Source: a virus (Duplodnaviria; Caudoviricetes). Taken from it: a stretch of 36,778 nucleotides of DNA. A model generated the notes under the pieces. That model made no database searches, was not told the origin of the DNA, and saw nothing but the letters and a program-made list of their open reading frames with translations. The stretch covers positions 1 through 36,778 of the IMG/VR virus record IMGVR_UViG_3300037484_000849; one strand, 5' to 3'. Shown here in pieces: positions 1-9,187 of this stretch (positions within the stretch are counted from its first letter, which is position 1; every line of letters begins with the position of its first letter). Position numbers and translations under genes: made by a program.

Positions 1-69
1 AAGGACTATCGTCCCCCGGCCGGCGGCGCGAGCCTGCGCGCAACCCCCGAAGCGCGCGGCCACCACGGC

Positions 70-480
70 TCAGCGTCGCCGCTGGCCGCTCCCGTAGCGC
101 CAAGCCTTGCTGCCGAACAGGCGCAGGGCGAAGTATCGGCCATGGGCGATCAGCTTGCCCAGGGAGAGGAATACGAAGCCGTCGAGGTGCTGATTCAGCA
201 GCCGGATGCACTCGTCGCGGTAGAGCGCGTCCGCGCGCTGGCGCCACGTCGCCGGCAGGCTGAAGTGCCGCCCGAGGAAGTAGAGCCAGTCGTGGCGGTT
301 GGCCGGGAGCGCCGCGTGCCGGTGCGACGCGGACATGATGCCAATGCGCACCCCGCAGATCGTGTCGGTGCTCGAGCTCGAGCCGTCCGGCCCGTCCCAC
401 GCTTCGCGCAGCGCTTCGAGCCACTGACGCTGGGACGGCGGGGCCAGGAAGTCTTCGATCGTGTCCGGGCGGCGCAGCAT
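70..480 (-). CDS. DUF1353-like / phospholipase-A2-fold-like small phage protein
   Basis: ATG at 480 overlaps the upstream TGA (TGATG). Motif ANRHDWLY...RQRADALYRDEC...RLFG resembles the HDxLY...ADxxF family often found near lysis genes. Confidence 0.55.
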   Translation of the reverse strand: MLRRPDTIEDFLAPPSQRQWLEALREAWDGPDGSSSSTDTICGVRIGIMSASHRHAALPANRHDWLYFLGRHFSLPATWRQRADALYRDECIRLLNQHLDGFVFLSLGKLIAHGRYFALRLFGSKAWRYGSGQRRR

Positions 481-692
481 CACAGAAGCCCTCCTAGGTA
501 GCCAAACGCGGCGCCGAGCGTGGCCCACAGGCCCGCCGAGCCCTCTCCGCCTTCGATCGTCTCGCACGTGATCTTCGCGTTGCCGAGCGCGACACCGCGC
601 ACTTCGCACGAGCCATCGGCGTGCCGCGTCGCCATTCCGGCTGCACAACCGGACAGAATCAGGCAGGTTGCGAGAACAGACAGGCGCTTCAC
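480..692 (-). CDS. lipoprotein, candidate (unimolecular) spanin
   Basis: Signal peptide with lipobox LSG|C and a C-terminal hydrophobic segment GLWATLGAAFGYLGGLL. GTGA overlap with the endolysin stop. Confidence 0.55.
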   Translation of the reverse strand: MKRLSVLATCLILSGCAAGMATRHADGSCEVRGVALGNAKITCETIEGGEGSAGLWATLGAAFGYLGGLL

Positions 693-1213
693 GGCTTCCG
701 CCCCGGCGACCCGTCCGCGTTCGCGGGCGGGATGACCTGCGGCGGCACGTAGACGTCGCGCGCCGGCACCAGCTCGAAGTGGACGAGATCGTTGAAAGTC
801 TGGTCGGTGAAGTAGTTGTCGCCGTCCCAGTCACCACCCCAGCGGATCGTGATGCCCATGAGCAGCGCCATGCCCTTGACCAGCCCGGCGAAGTGGTAGA
901 AGCGGGCGTAGTTCGCGAGCGCTTCGCGGTCGAGCGCGCCGCCCGACATGATCTTCGTGTTCCAGTTGACGCTTTTCAGATCCACGTCGTAGGGCGCTGC
1001 GTCGATCGCGTTCGACGGATAGGCGTTGTGATTCCCATTCGGAAACTTCAGCTTGCTGTTCCCCGCGGCGAACGCGCGGTTCTGAGCTTGCTCACCGCGG
1101 TGGCCTTCGATCGCGACGCAATCGTAGTCCAGCACGACGCGCTGGAAGAGACGCTGCAACAGAACGTGACACGTGGCGAGCTGCGCCTGTGAGGCGCGAC
1201 CGAAGCGAGGCAT
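689..1213 (-). CDS. endolysin, M15-family L-alanyl-D-glutamate peptidase
   Basis: Motifs EGHRGEQAQ, HNAYPSNAID, IRWGGDW and DLVHFEL. Located after the tail genes. Confidence 0.9.
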   Translation of the reverse strand: MPRFGRASQAQLATCHVLLQRLFQRVVLDYDCVAIEGHRGEQAQNRAFAAGNSKLKFPNGNHNAYPSNAIDAAPYDVDLKSVNWNTKIMSGGALDREALANYARFYHFAGLVKGMALLMGITIRWGGDWDGDNYFTDQTFNDLVHFELVPARDVYVPPQVIPPANADGSPGRKP

Positions 1214-1223
1214 GGGGATCTCC

Positions 1224-3785
1224 TCAGAGCAGGGTTACGATGAACGTGCGGTCGATCATCACGCGCGACGTCAGCGCCGTGTCCGACTTCAACCGCGACG
1301 AGACGGTCACGCGCGTGGAGAAGTCGCCGGTCGGCTGAGCCGCGTCGATCTTGATGTCGGCGCGCGGGTAGAACACCGACGTCCAGGTCGTGTTGGTTGG
1401 AGGTGGCGACGCGCTGTCCACGATGAACTGCTTGTACTGCGTGGTGCCGGACTTGTAGAACGTCACCACGTACTCGACGTCGGTGTCCTGACCGCCAGTC
1501 GGCGTTGCATCGCTCTGGTCCTGGATGAAGATGTAGTCCAGGACGCGGTGTGCCCAAGTCAGCGTCACGTCCGCGCCGCCCACGCTGGCCGTGTAGCGCG
1601 AGCCGTTGATCTGGAAGTTCCCGACCGGATACGGACGAACCGAACGACTCGCGAACGTCAGCGCGCGGGCGGTGGCCGTCGTGATATCCAGCTCGCGCGT
1701 CTCGGAGAGCGTCTTCGACTTGACGTTGATCGCCTGCGTGGCGGTGAACGATCGCTGATCCGAGGCGCCCGAGCCGCCGATGAAGAACCAAATCTTCGCG
1801 TCTGCGAGATGCGCAGCCGGCAGCGTGTCGAGCAGACCGCGGTGGACGTTGTCGATGAGATACTGCCCGCCACCCATGTCCGTGATCGACTCGAAGCCGA
1901 TGATTTCGTCGCCGGCTGCCGTCGCGCCCTGAATCCACGCGAGCCCGCGGCCGAACTGCTCGATCTGCGAAGCCGTCGCGCCTTCTACGCTGTCGGGGAA
2001 GTCGACGGTGTCGATCAGGAATCCAGTTGTGTCGATGTCGAGCGTGTTCTCGGCATAGGCGGACACGAGCTGGCCGACCGGCGTGAAACCATCCGCGGAG
2101 CCAGCCTCGAGATAGCCAGTGCCGGTGCCATCATCCACGAAGGGCGTGAAGTTCACGAGGTTGCCAGTCGGATTCTGCGCCATATGGATGAAGCGCTCGC
2201 CGACCGGATTGTTCGGGATGGACTCCGTCAGCATGAACCACGACGGCGCATCGCGCACGATCTCGGTTGTGACCGGGACCGGGAGCAAGGAGGGCTCGAC
2301 CCATCCCGACTCGGGCGAGTCGGCGAAGAGCGTCGTGCCGAGCGAGAAGAGATCCTCGACTGCCGAGATCACGACGCGCCCCTTGTCCACATCGCCGAGC
2401 TCGATCGACATGGCGCGCATGACCATGTCCGTGATTCCGTACTGCGCCCAAGAAAACTTGAAGGCGTCGCCCGGCTTCAGACTGGCAGCTTGGCGATTGC
2501 ACGTGATCTGGGTCTTGGCGAGCGGGTAGCTGCTCTTTCGCAGTTCACGCGCTGCGAGGCGCGCGGCGTTGCCCGCATCCAGCACGCCGGGGTACTTGGT
2601 CTGCAAAGACACGTGTCGACCGTCCTGAATTGCGACGTTCGCGAGATCCTGTGCGCGGGCCGACGTTTCGAAGTAGTCCTTGTCCCGGTCGACGTACTGA
2701 ACTTCCACGCTGTTCGCGGTGGTGTTCCAGGCGACTCGGGCATAGTTCTCGACGCCTGAGACATTGCTCTCATCGAACACCAGAAGATCGCCCAGCACGA
2801 AGTCCGCTCGGATCAGGCGAACGACCATCTTGCCTTCTTGGTCCACGTAGAGCAGGGCGTCCATCTGGCGCAGAAGCTCACTGATCGTCTTGCTCGCGCT
2901 GTCTCGCACGTCCAGCACGAAGGAGAAGCCATTCAGCTCGTCGAACATGGTCTCGCCAACGTCGATGAAACTCTGGAAGTCGATGTCAGCCGGGTCCATG
3001 GCGAGGCCGAAGGTCGTGCTCGTCAGGATCTCATACAGCACTTCCGCGGGGTTAGCATCGGCGCCGATGATGTGGTGCGATCCCGCCAGCGTGAGGTTGT
3101 TCGGGAATCGTTTGACTTCGAACCGCCACGGCTCGACGGTCGTGCTCTCTCCAACATCGCCGTTGAAGACGCAGTGCGCAATGTCAACGTAACCCGGCAC
3201 AGCACCCACCCCGAGCTGGCTCTCGAGATATGGGTCCGGGATCTGGGTCGAGAAGCCGCCGTAGACCTGGAGCGGACCTTTGATGCCACCGCCCTTCGCG
3301 CGACCACCGAAGAATTCCTGATCGTCCAGATCAAGCGTCACACCATTGATCTCATCGGCCGACGGATCGACTGCGTCCACTGCGTCCGTCAGCCAATCCT
3401 TGCCGACGCGAATGCGCGTGAGCTCGTCGATCGGTCCATAGCACATTGCCATGCTGACGCCGAGCTTGTAGCGAATTGCGATGGTGCGGTGGTTGCGGTT
3501 GAAGTATCCGCCGTTGTAGCCCTCTTTGATCTGGTCTTTGCGAAGATGGCCGTACCAGAGGACGTTCGGGGCTTTCAGCAGCGCGGTTCCCCAGACGACA
3601 GGAATGGCGCGACCCTCTGTCGCCGTCGGGAATCGGAAGGAGCCGAGAGGTTCCGATCGGATACTCTCGAGCTTCGGGGGCGGATTCAGCAGAGTGCTGA
3701 TCACCGACAACGACGCGGAGATGAGCGCCGTGATGATGATGGCCGACAGACCGAAATCCGCCGTGATGAACTGGGGGCTGTCCAT
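1224..3785 (-). CDS. central tail hub / tail tip protein (gpJ-like, GTA/YuA type) with fused N-terminal small tail-assembly domain
   Basis: Motifs PTATEGRAIPVVWGT..PNVLWYG, DANPAEVLYEILT, NSVEVQYVDRDKDY and HRGLLDTLPAAH. Follows the BR0599-like gene. Confidence 0.85.
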   Translation of the reverse strand: MDSPQFITADFGLSAIIITALISASLSVISTLLNPPPKLESIRSEPLGSFRFPTATEGRAIPVVWGTALLKAPNVLWYGHLRKDQIKEGYNGGYFNRNHRTIAIRYKLGVSMAMCYGPIDELTRIRVGKDWLTDAVDAVDPSADEINGVTLDLDDQEFFGGRAKGGGIKGPLQVYGGFSTQIPDPYLESQLGVGAVPGYVDIAHCVFNGDVGESTTVEPWRFEVKRFPNNLTLAGSHHIIGADANPAEVLYEILTSTTFGLAMDPADIDFQSFIDVGETMFDELNGFSFVLDVRDSASKTISELLRQMDALLYVDQEGKMVVRLIRADFVLGDLLVFDESNVSGVENYARVAWNTTANSVEVQYVDRDKDYFETSARAQDLANVAIQDGRHVSLQTKYPGVLDAGNAARLAARELRKSSYPLAKTQITCNRQAASLKPGDAFKFSWAQYGITDMVMRAMSIELGDVDKGRVVISAVEDLFSLGTTLFADSPESGWVEPSLLPVPVTTEIVRDAPSWFMLTESIPNNPVGERFIHMAQNPTGNLVNFTPFVDDGTGTGYLEAGSADGFTPVGQLVSAYAENTLDIDTTGFLIDTVDFPDSVEGATASQIEQFGRGLAWIQGATAAGDEIIGFESITDMGGGQYLIDNVHRGLLDTLPAAHLADAKIWFFIGGSGASDQRSFTATQAINVKSKTLSETRELDITTATARALTFASRSVRPYPVGNFQINGSRYTASVGGADVTLTWAHRVLDYIFIQDQSDATPTGGQDTDVEYVVTFYKSGTTQYKQFIVDSASPPPTNTTWTSVFYPRADIKIDAAQPTGDFSTRVTVSSRLKSDTALTSRVMIDRTFIVTLL

Positions 3786-3788
3786 GTC

Positions 3789-4607
3789 TTACTCGATTCC
3801 CTCGAAGGGATTGCGTGCCGGCACCCAGGGGAAGCCGCCGTAGTTCGTCATGTTGTTGAACTTCGTAATGCACGTGGCGGTAGTGTGATCACACCCCGCG
3901 TATGCCTTCACCAGCGAACCGACGCCAACTCCAGGAAACGCCAGAAGGATGCTGAAGCGCGCTTGGTCGGGGCCAAGGACGGTCTGCGCCAAGATCATGC
4001 GCCGCTCGAGCGATCCATGCACCACCATGCCGGAGCGGAAGTACGTGGCGCCAAGTGCGGACAGCCCTGTTCCGGTCACGTCGATGTAGTCAGCGCCGAC
4101 GGCCTGCACTTCCAGATCGGTTTCAAAGTCAAACTCGTTCATCTTGCAACCACGATCGTACAAGATGTGCGAGCACAGACTGGAGAACGAACGGTAGGGG
4201 ATCGCGTGATCCATCAGCTCGGAGACCGAGTGACAGGAAATCTTCGCGTAGTTGTTCTCGAAGCGAACGGACTTGATTTCGCCTGCAAAGAGGATGATCG
4301 CTTCCGGATCGGACAGATGCTTGCGATAGATCGTCACCGTCTCGCGGCTCGGCGGAACCGTGCGAACGTATCGCGGGTTGACCAGAGGGTCGGTCGCGGG
4401 AATCGTGATCTCGAACGGCTTGTTTTCGTACAGCGCGGTCAGCGACGGCTCGGGCCGGTCGATCGACGCGGGGGTGTACAGGATGCTGTTGTGCGTGATC
4501 TCCGTCGGCGACGTGGTGTAGGCGAACTGCGTTCCTGTCGATTGGAACAGGAACAGCTCGATGGGCTTGCCGCCCTCGACGGACTGGTCGACCGCTTCGT
4601 AGCTCAA
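3789..4607 (-). CDS. BR0599-family (lambda gpL-like) distal tail protein
   Basis: PIELFLF N-terminus and Cys cluster CSHILYDRGC...GCDHTTATCITKFNN..NYGGFPWVP. Likely TTG start at 4607 overlapping the upstream TGA. Confidence 0.85.
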   Translation of the reverse strand: MSYEAVDQSVEGGKPIELFLFQSTGTQFAYTTSPTEITHNSILYTPASIDRPEPSLTALYENKPFEITIPATDPLVNPRYVRTVPPSRETVTIYRKHLSDPEAIILFAGEIKSVRFENNYAKISCHSVSELMDHAIPYRSFSSLCSHILYDRGCKMNEFDFETDLEVQAVGADYIDVTGTGLSALGATYFRSGMVVHGSLERRMILAQTVLGPDQARFSILLAFPGVGVGSLVKAYAGCDHTTATCITKFNNMTNYGGFPWVPARNPFEGIE

Positions 4608-6313
4608 ATCAGCACTCCTCGGACCGGCACTTCGCACGTCGCCCGGCCCAGGCCGGTGTGGTCGATGCGCACGGTGTCCGTGTTCAGGCGACAGCGCACG
4701 AGGTACGAGATGCGCGCCACGTCAGCAATTTGGATCGTCGTACCCAGATTCGCGTCGATCGTGAGCTCGTCGATCACACCTGTGTCGGATGCGTTCGTGA
4801 TCTCACGGTAGTACGTCGTGCCGTTCTTCAGCATGATCGCGATGTGCTTGACCGGCTCATCCAGGTCCAAGTAGCGCGGGTAGCCCGAGCGCTCGACCGA
4901 AAGGACCGTGTCCGCCGCAGCGATCGCTTCCGTCAACGTGAAGTCGATCCGATAGGTCGGCAACCAGAAGGACCGCTGCCGGCCTTTCAACGCATGGATC
5001 AGCAGCCGCAACGCCCACACTTCGGCAGCCGTCTCTGGCTCCCAGCGCTTCTTGAAGTCGAGCTTCGGGAACGACTTCCGAATCACCGAGAAGATGCCGA
5101 CGTTGGTGTCCAGGAAGTCCGCGCTGCCGCCGAAGGGCTCTTCGCGCGTGTCGCTGCCGAGGAAGTTCGTATCAATGAACACGGGCATCGACTTGTACAT
5201 CGTCAGCCCGGCGTCGCTTGAGAGATCCTTGTACTCGCTCGAACGCCAGCGCATCCCTAGCGTGTGATAGCCGCTGCCGGTGCGCGAAACCCTGGCCGTA
5301 TCTTCGGCGAAGACGACCTGCATCGGGATGACCAGTGTGTCGATCGCCAAGTGCGCGAGAGTAGTCTCTCGGAGGATATCCAGCGAGAGGGGGTTGACCG
5401 CTGTGATCGCGACGACGTCGAAGTCGTCGTAGGCGTTCCAGAGGATCGCCGTACCGCCCACTCGAAAGTCGGCGATGGAGGTATTGACCGGAATCGAGAA
5501 GACGCCCGCACTGATGTCGGAGAGCAGCGGCTTCATGTCCGTCCACACGGGCACCGCGAAGCCGCGACCCATGTTTCCGTACAGCGCGTTGATCGCGTTC
5601 TGCCGCTCGACACCGTCGATCATCTGGTAGTTGTACTGGAAGACTTGCCGGGGGATGTCGCGCAGCGCGATCCGCTGTTCCGTCCCGTTGTAGGACTCCA
5701 GGATGTCCGTGAGCCAGATCAGCTCTTCGGAGATTGGGCGCTGCGGCTCGTAGGCGAACACGACGGCGCGATCGCCCGTGACCGTCAGCACCGGCATATC
5801 GTCGACGCCGAAGTCCCACGTGTAGGTCGCGGCGATGCGCGCCGGCCCATCTACGTCGACCGTCAGGGTGTAGGTCGTCTCGATGTAGGCTCCGACGTCG
5901 AGCGGTGGCGTCCCGAAGCCCCCCGTCAGAGCGATTCCCTCGGTGCCGGTTTCGACGATCTCCGCGAGATTCTTCGGGATGCTGTAGCCGTTCCAGACTT
6001 GGATCGTTTGGATCGTCTCACCGAGCACGAAGCCCAGTTCCAGGAGTTGTGGGATCACGTGGATCTGGTTGTACCAGTCGAGCTCGAAACCCTCGGCGTA
6101 GACACCAGCGCCCGGCGGGGCGAGCGGCGCGTAGGGGGCGGGAAGCGATCCGAAGATCGAATCTCGAGCCGGTTCTTGCGATTCGCAGTCCAAGCCGCCC
6201 GTCGGCCAAAAGAGATCCAGAGACAACTGATCGAAACTGATCGACGCGATCGGATTGGACCGATCGGCGAGATCGACGCCCAGCTCGGCCGGGTCTGTGT
6301 AGAAGCTCGCCAT
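4604..6313 (-). CDS. virion structural (distal tail) protein, YuA/M6-type
   Basis: Motifs DWYNQIHVIP, EELIWLTDILESYNGTEQRIALRDIPRQ and LKGRQRSFWLPT. Position between TMP and BR0599-like gene. Confidence 0.8.
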   Translation of the reverse strand: MASFYTDPAELGVDLADRSNPIASISFDQLSLDLFWPTGGLDCESQEPARDSIFGSLPAPYAPLAPPGAGVYAEGFELDWYNQIHVIPQLLELGFVLGETIQTIQVWNGYSIPKNLAEIVETGTEGIALTGGFGTPPLDVGAYIETTYTLTVDVDGPARIAATYTWDFGVDDMPVLTVTGDRAVVFAYEPQRPISEELIWLTDILESYNGTEQRIALRDIPRQVFQYNYQMIDGVERQNAINALYGNMGRGFAVPVWTDMKPLLSDISAGVFSIPVNTSIADFRVGGTAILWNAYDDFDVVAITAVNPLSLDILRETTLAHLAIDTLVIPMQVVFAEDTARVSRTGSGYHTLGMRWRSSEYKDLSSDAGLTMYKSMPVFIDTNFLGSDTREEPFGGSADFLDTNVGIFSVIRKSFPKLDFKKRWEPETAAEVWALRLLIHALKGRQRSFWLPTYRIDFTLTEAIAAADTVLSVERSGYPRYLDLDEPVKHIAIMLKNGTTYYREITNASDTGVIDELTIDANLGTTIQIADVARISYLVRCRLNTDTVRIDHTGLGRATCEVPVRGVLI

Positions 6314-7269
6314 CAGACGAACTTTCGGAAGGCCAACCCGTGATAGGCGCTAGACGTGGTTGTGAAAAGTGTCATCGTGGTATCGAGCGCAGCAGTACCC
6401 TTGGCGCGTGGCGGGAAGATTTTCCACGTGTCACTGCCAATGATGATCTCGTCTCCTCCGGAATGCAATTCCATCGAAACGAGACGCACGTCCTGTACAC
6501 GGCCCAGGTTCACGTTGCGACCTACCGCCGAAACCGTGAGATTCTTGCGCAAGAAAATCGGCGCGAGGATCGTACGCTGGGTCATGGGCATCAGCCCACC
6601 CAGCCAGAGTTGCTTCTCCGCATTGCGGTAGTTCGACGTCGAGGTATTCTGCATCGGCCCGAATTCTCGAGTCCAGTTCGGAGACGCAGCGCCAAGAACG
6701 CCATCGGTTCGGAACCACTGGGCGTGGACGGTCGACATGGCCGGACCGCCGGTAGCGCCAGCCGACGCGAACGGCGGGCGACTGGTGCCGACGGCGCCCG
6801 ACCAAATCAGGCTAGTGCAGTAGCCGCCGCCCGTGTAGGTGCCGAACTTCTCGACCGTTCCGAAGTGCCAATGCGAGTAGATACCCGACGAAACCTCGAC
6901 GACGCAATGGATGTAGCGCGGCGAGGCGTCGTTGCCAAACAAGTAGTACGCAGTGTGCGGGCCGGGGATTGCCTCGACCCGTCCGAACGTGTTGGCGGCG
7001 GCCGTAGTGTCCGGCGAACCAGGATGATCCTCGAACGCGGTGGCACCGCCCGCCGTATATCCGGTCGACGGCTGGAAGTGGATTCGATCGCTCGCGCCCA
7101 CCGCGATTGCATGGACCCACAGATCGTCAGAGTTGAAGGAGACCTGTCCGCTCGGCGCATCGCCCCCGAGTCCGCCCGTGTGGACGGTCCAGCCACGAGC
7201 GGCTGCGAAGACCGCGATCTTCGCCAGGAGATCCTCTTCGGAAGTGCTGACGCCCGTTTCGTATGCCAT
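6313..7269 (-). CDS. virion structural protein (tail)
   Basis: MAYETG...FAAARGW start and GDEIIIGSDTWKIFP...GLAFRK end. TGATG-coupled within the tail module. Confidence 0.75.
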   Translation of the reverse strand: MAYETGVSTSEEDLLAKIAVFAAARGWTVHTGGLGGDAPSGQVSFNSDDLWVHAIAVGASDRIHFQPSTGYTAGGATAFEDHPGSPDTTAAANTFGRVEAIPGPHTAYYLFGNDASPRYIHCVVEVSSGIYSHWHFGTVEKFGTYTGGGYCTSLIWSGAVGTSRPPFASAGATGGPAMSTVHAQWFRTDGVLGAASPNWTREFGPMQNTSTSNYRNAEKQLWLGGLMPMTQRTILAPIFLRKNLTVSAVGRNVNLGRVQDVRLVSMELHSGGDEIIIGSDTWKIFPPRAKGTAALDTTMTLFTTTSSAYHGLAFRKFV

Positions 7270-7281
7270 CAGAGGATTCCT

Positions 7282-9174
7282 TTACGCCAACCGCAAAGCG
7301 CAGAAGTTTGCGCGATCCGTTCGGAAGATGTTTTGCACGAGCAGATGATCGACACCATCCACGACCGTGATCTCTTCGGCCGCTCCGCCGAAAAACCCGC
7401 CACCAAACACACCGTCGAGCGCGCCGAATGGCTCGACATTGTTGGGAGCGGACGCGGCGGTTCCATTCATGTAGAGAATGCACGGATACAGCACATACTC
7501 TCCCGCCACGGTCACTTCCACAGCGTCGATCCAAGCGCGAGCGGTCGATTCCGTATCGTAGGGCCAGACGTATGGGACGTTGTCCGAAGCTGCATCGTTG
7601 TCGATGGTATCCCACGTTCCGCCGACAAGACGCAAATTTCCCGCCTGCGGGTCGTAGAAGGCTGCGGTCGCGGTGACGGCACTGGTGTGCGCATGCGACG
7701 CGGCGTTGTCGCCCGCCACGTACATCGGGTAGGGGTACTCGCTCGGCAGGGAGTAGGGCAAAAAGAAGCCCGCGTACAGCGTATGGTAAGTCGTGCTGGC
7801 GCGCGACACTACGATGAAGCGCCGGCCGTTCCACACCAACCAGAACGAATCCGCTGTCGGATGGAATGCGGTGAACGTGTCGGGACTGACGCCCGGCTGT
7901 GTGGTCAGCGAATTGCCGGCCGCGTAGCCGGTCATGCCATACGTTTCCCACGTGTAGATCGTCGAAGCGGGGGTCTCCTGAACTCGCAAGCCGATGTAGA
8001 CCGCGTCCGCGCCCGCGAGTCCCTGACCGTGCATGATCGTTTCCAGGTCGGCGGAGAATGGATCGTAACGGTCGATGATCCAGGAGTCGAAGCCGGCGCG
8101 CGTCTCGGAGATCAGCACACCCGCGTCGCCGGTCTCGGCGAGAACCGTGGTAGTGAACTTCAGCTCGAGCGCGCCGACGCGCGACACCACGAAGGTTGCG
8201 TTGTTCCCGCCGTCCACCGCGCCTGTGACTACTACACTCTGTCCGGCCAAGAAGCCGTCGGTCACGAAGGAGCCCGAGCTCCGGTTGACCGTGTTGGCCG
8301 TCTTGAAGTCGACGGTGAGCGAACCAGACGTGACGGTCTGGATGAACGTGACGCCTGCATCGCCTGTTTCGTCATCGGTGATGTCGCCGCCCGTGAATGT
8401 CAACACCAGCGCGCTGACGCCGGTCAGGGTCTTCGTGCCGTTGTTGCCCGCGTCGACCGCGCCTGCAATCACGACCGAACCGCCGACCTTGAAGCCATCC
8501 GTGATGAACGATCCGCTAGCGCGTGTTGCCGTCTCGGCCGCGTTGTCGAAGTCGACAGTCAGCGATCCGCTCGTGACCGTTTCGATGATCGTCACACCCG
8601 CGTCTGCTGCGGCCGTGGTGAGATCCTCGTTTACGGTGAGGACCAGAGCCGTGACCGCGGCCAGCGTGAACGTCGCGTTGTTCGCCGCGTCGGCCGCACC
8701 CGCTACGACCACGGTGTCGCCGACCTCGAACAGATCGGTGACGAAGGAGCCACTTCCGCGCGTGATCGTGCGACCGGGGATGAAGTCGACGGTGAGCGAA
8801 CCGCTCGTGACGCCGACCGGGACCACGAAATTGTCCCCTGCGATGAACGCGACACCGCCCACGTTGATGCGGAATGTGAACCGACCGGCTGGGGTGTTCG
8901 ACGTGTAGTTCGTCCCGGTGGTACCCGCGGCTTGCGCGCCCGAGATCGAGCCCGTGACCGAGAAGGCCGTCGCGCTCGTCATCGCGATCGTCCAGATTTC
9001 GGGCGGAGCGAGCGCCGCGGTGTCGACCGTGACGAGCACGCCGTTGCCTGTGCCCGTGTAGACCACGGTGCCGATCTGCGGTGCGCCCGTCAGGAAACGC
9101 CGGCAGTGGCGCCACAGACGGCGATGTGCCGTCTCGACGGTGTTGGCGGCGGGGCCGGTTCCATTCTTGTACAT
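7282..9174 (-). CDS. virion structural protein (tail) with three inserted ~80-aa repeats
   Basis: C-terminal part YAGFFLPYSLPSEYPYPMYVAG is typical of the first post-TMP protein. Three tandem TSGSLTVDF...SGSFxTDxF...GAxDxxNN...DAGV repeats. Confidence 0.75.
   Translation of the reverse strand: MYKNGTGPAANTVETAHRRLWRHCRRFLTGAPQIGTVVYTGTGNGVLVTVDTAALAPPEIWTIAMTSATAFSVTGSISGAQAAGTTGTNYTSNTPAGRFTFRINVGGVAFIAGDNFVVPVGVTSGSLTVDFIPGRTITRGSGSFVTDLFEVGDTVVVAGAADAANNATFTLAAVTALVLTVNEDLTTAAADAGVTIIETVTSGSLTVDFDNAAETATRASGSFITDGFKVGGSVVIAGAVDAGNNGTKTLTGVSALVLTFTGGDITDDETGDAGVTFIQTVTSGSLTVDFKTANTVNRSSGSFVTDGFLAGQSVVVTGAVDGGNNATFVVSRVGALELKFTTTVLAETGDAGVLISETRAGFDSWIIDRYDPFSADLETIMHGQGLAGADAVYIGLRVQETPASTIYTWETYGMTGYAAGNSLTTQPGVSPDTFTAFHPTADSFWLVWNGRRFIVVSRASTTYHTLYAGFFLPYSLPSEYPYPMYVAGDNAASHAHTSAVTATAAFYDPQAGNLRLVGGTWDTIDNDAASDNVPYVWPYDTESTARAWIDAVEVTVAGEYVLYPCILYMNGTAASAPNNVEPFGALDGVFGGGFFGGAAEEITVVDGVDHLLVQNIFRTDRANFCALRLA
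8107..8814 (-). repeat. three tandem ~240-bp coding repeats (80-aa module)
   Basis: Recurring gaagtcgac(g/a)gt(g/c)agcga(a/t)cc near 8305, 8548 and 8782. Visible in the translation. Confidence 0.9.
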
Positions 9175-9187
9175 CGGGGATGTCCTT

